A stretch of 64,000 nt of DNA from Chloroflexi bacterium OHK40 (GTDB lineage Bacteria; Chloroflexota; Chloroflexia; Chloroflexales; Chloroflexaceae), in contig SFCB01000064.1 in NCBI GenBank assembly GCA_004367505.1, positions 692 through 64,691 of the forward strand. Direction: 5' to 3'. The position numbers were made by a program, and so were the translations under genes. Positions 63,900 to 64,000 of the stretch are shown piece by piece. Under the pieces are notes generated by a model. That model did no database searches and was not told where the DNA came from. It worked only from the letters and a program-made list of their open reading frames with translations. Positions within the stretch are counted from its first letter, which is position 1; each line of letters starts with the position of its first letter.

Positions 63900-63945
63900 G
63901 GGGTGAGCCCTGGGCGAGGCTGAGATGGTCGTGGCCAGCAGCGGT

Positions 63946-63954
63946 ATTGTAGCA
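63946..63954 (-). promoter_or_regulatory. Extended -10 element (TGCTACAAT on the minus strand) upstream of the nuclease-helicase gene
   Basis: Plus strand ATTGTAGCA at 63946-63954, about 47 nt upstream of the ATG at 63899. No clear -35. Confidence 0.35.
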
Positions 63955-64000
63955 AACGCAGGAACCGCGTGGGCCGATGGGTGCAGCGTGCCACGCCGTC

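Noticed and set aside
1-64000. tRNA, rRNA, transposase/integrase, prophage or toxin-antitoxin content.
   Set aside because: I saw no tRNA-like T-arm/acceptor patterns, no rRNA-like stretches and no DDE/tyrosine-recombinase/HNH motifs in any credible ORF. The window looks like core chromosome apart from the small repeats.

Overview
This is a GC-rich bacterial chromosomal segment, roughly two-thirds G+C by eye. I support about 50 protein-coding genes, plus promoter, operator and repeat calls. I found no rRNA, tRNA, CRISPR array, transposase or integrase. The taxon cannot be verified here. The extended -10 promoters (TGnTAnnnT) and the many TPR/GAF multidomain kinases are compatible with a Chloroflexota-like organism, but that is inference only.

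Gene content, left to right:
- pepA (3' part), an MBL-fold hydrolase, a secreted 7-repeat propeller-like protein and a glutaryl-CoA-dehydrogenase-like ACAD.
- An NtrC/AcoR-like AAA+ regulator with a degenerate GAFTGA loop.
- A LysR-controlled sugar-acid block (split UxaA dehydratase, 2-hydroxyacid dehydrogenase, Ldh_2 oxidoreductase).
- A long plus-strand carbohydrate locus: ROK regulator, CUT1 ABC binding protein and two permeases, Fsa/TalC-type aldolase, GH4 glycosidase, APH-fold kinase, FucI-like isomerase.
- That locus runs without a break into a GntR regulator, a degenerate GroEL-like protein and a BNR beta-propeller with overlapping stop/start codons.
- A composite glycerol/DHA operon, glpF-dhaKL-glpK-glpABC-dhaM, behind a strong promoter and an unexplained leader of about 520 nt.
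- Signalling genes: a TPR-GAF hybrid kinase with an RR-GGDEF, an RR-TadZ-like protein with a frameshifted GAF hybrid kinase-REC-Hpt, and a cNMP-gated PP2C/STAS/STAS/RsbW partner-switching set.
- A two-domain PPK2, valS, an LLM/TIGR04076/M20 block, and a stand-alone 1430-aa Cas4-type Fe-S nuclease fused to an SF1B helicase.

The observations most worth a second look:
- The GroEL-like/BNR module.
- The nuclease-helicase.
- The glpF leader.
- A dispersed and tandem palindromic repeat family with core GTTCCCGC-N4-GCGGGAAC.
- The non-canonical isomerase-kinase-aldolase sugar locus.

All functional calls rest on motifs read by eye. No database search was run.
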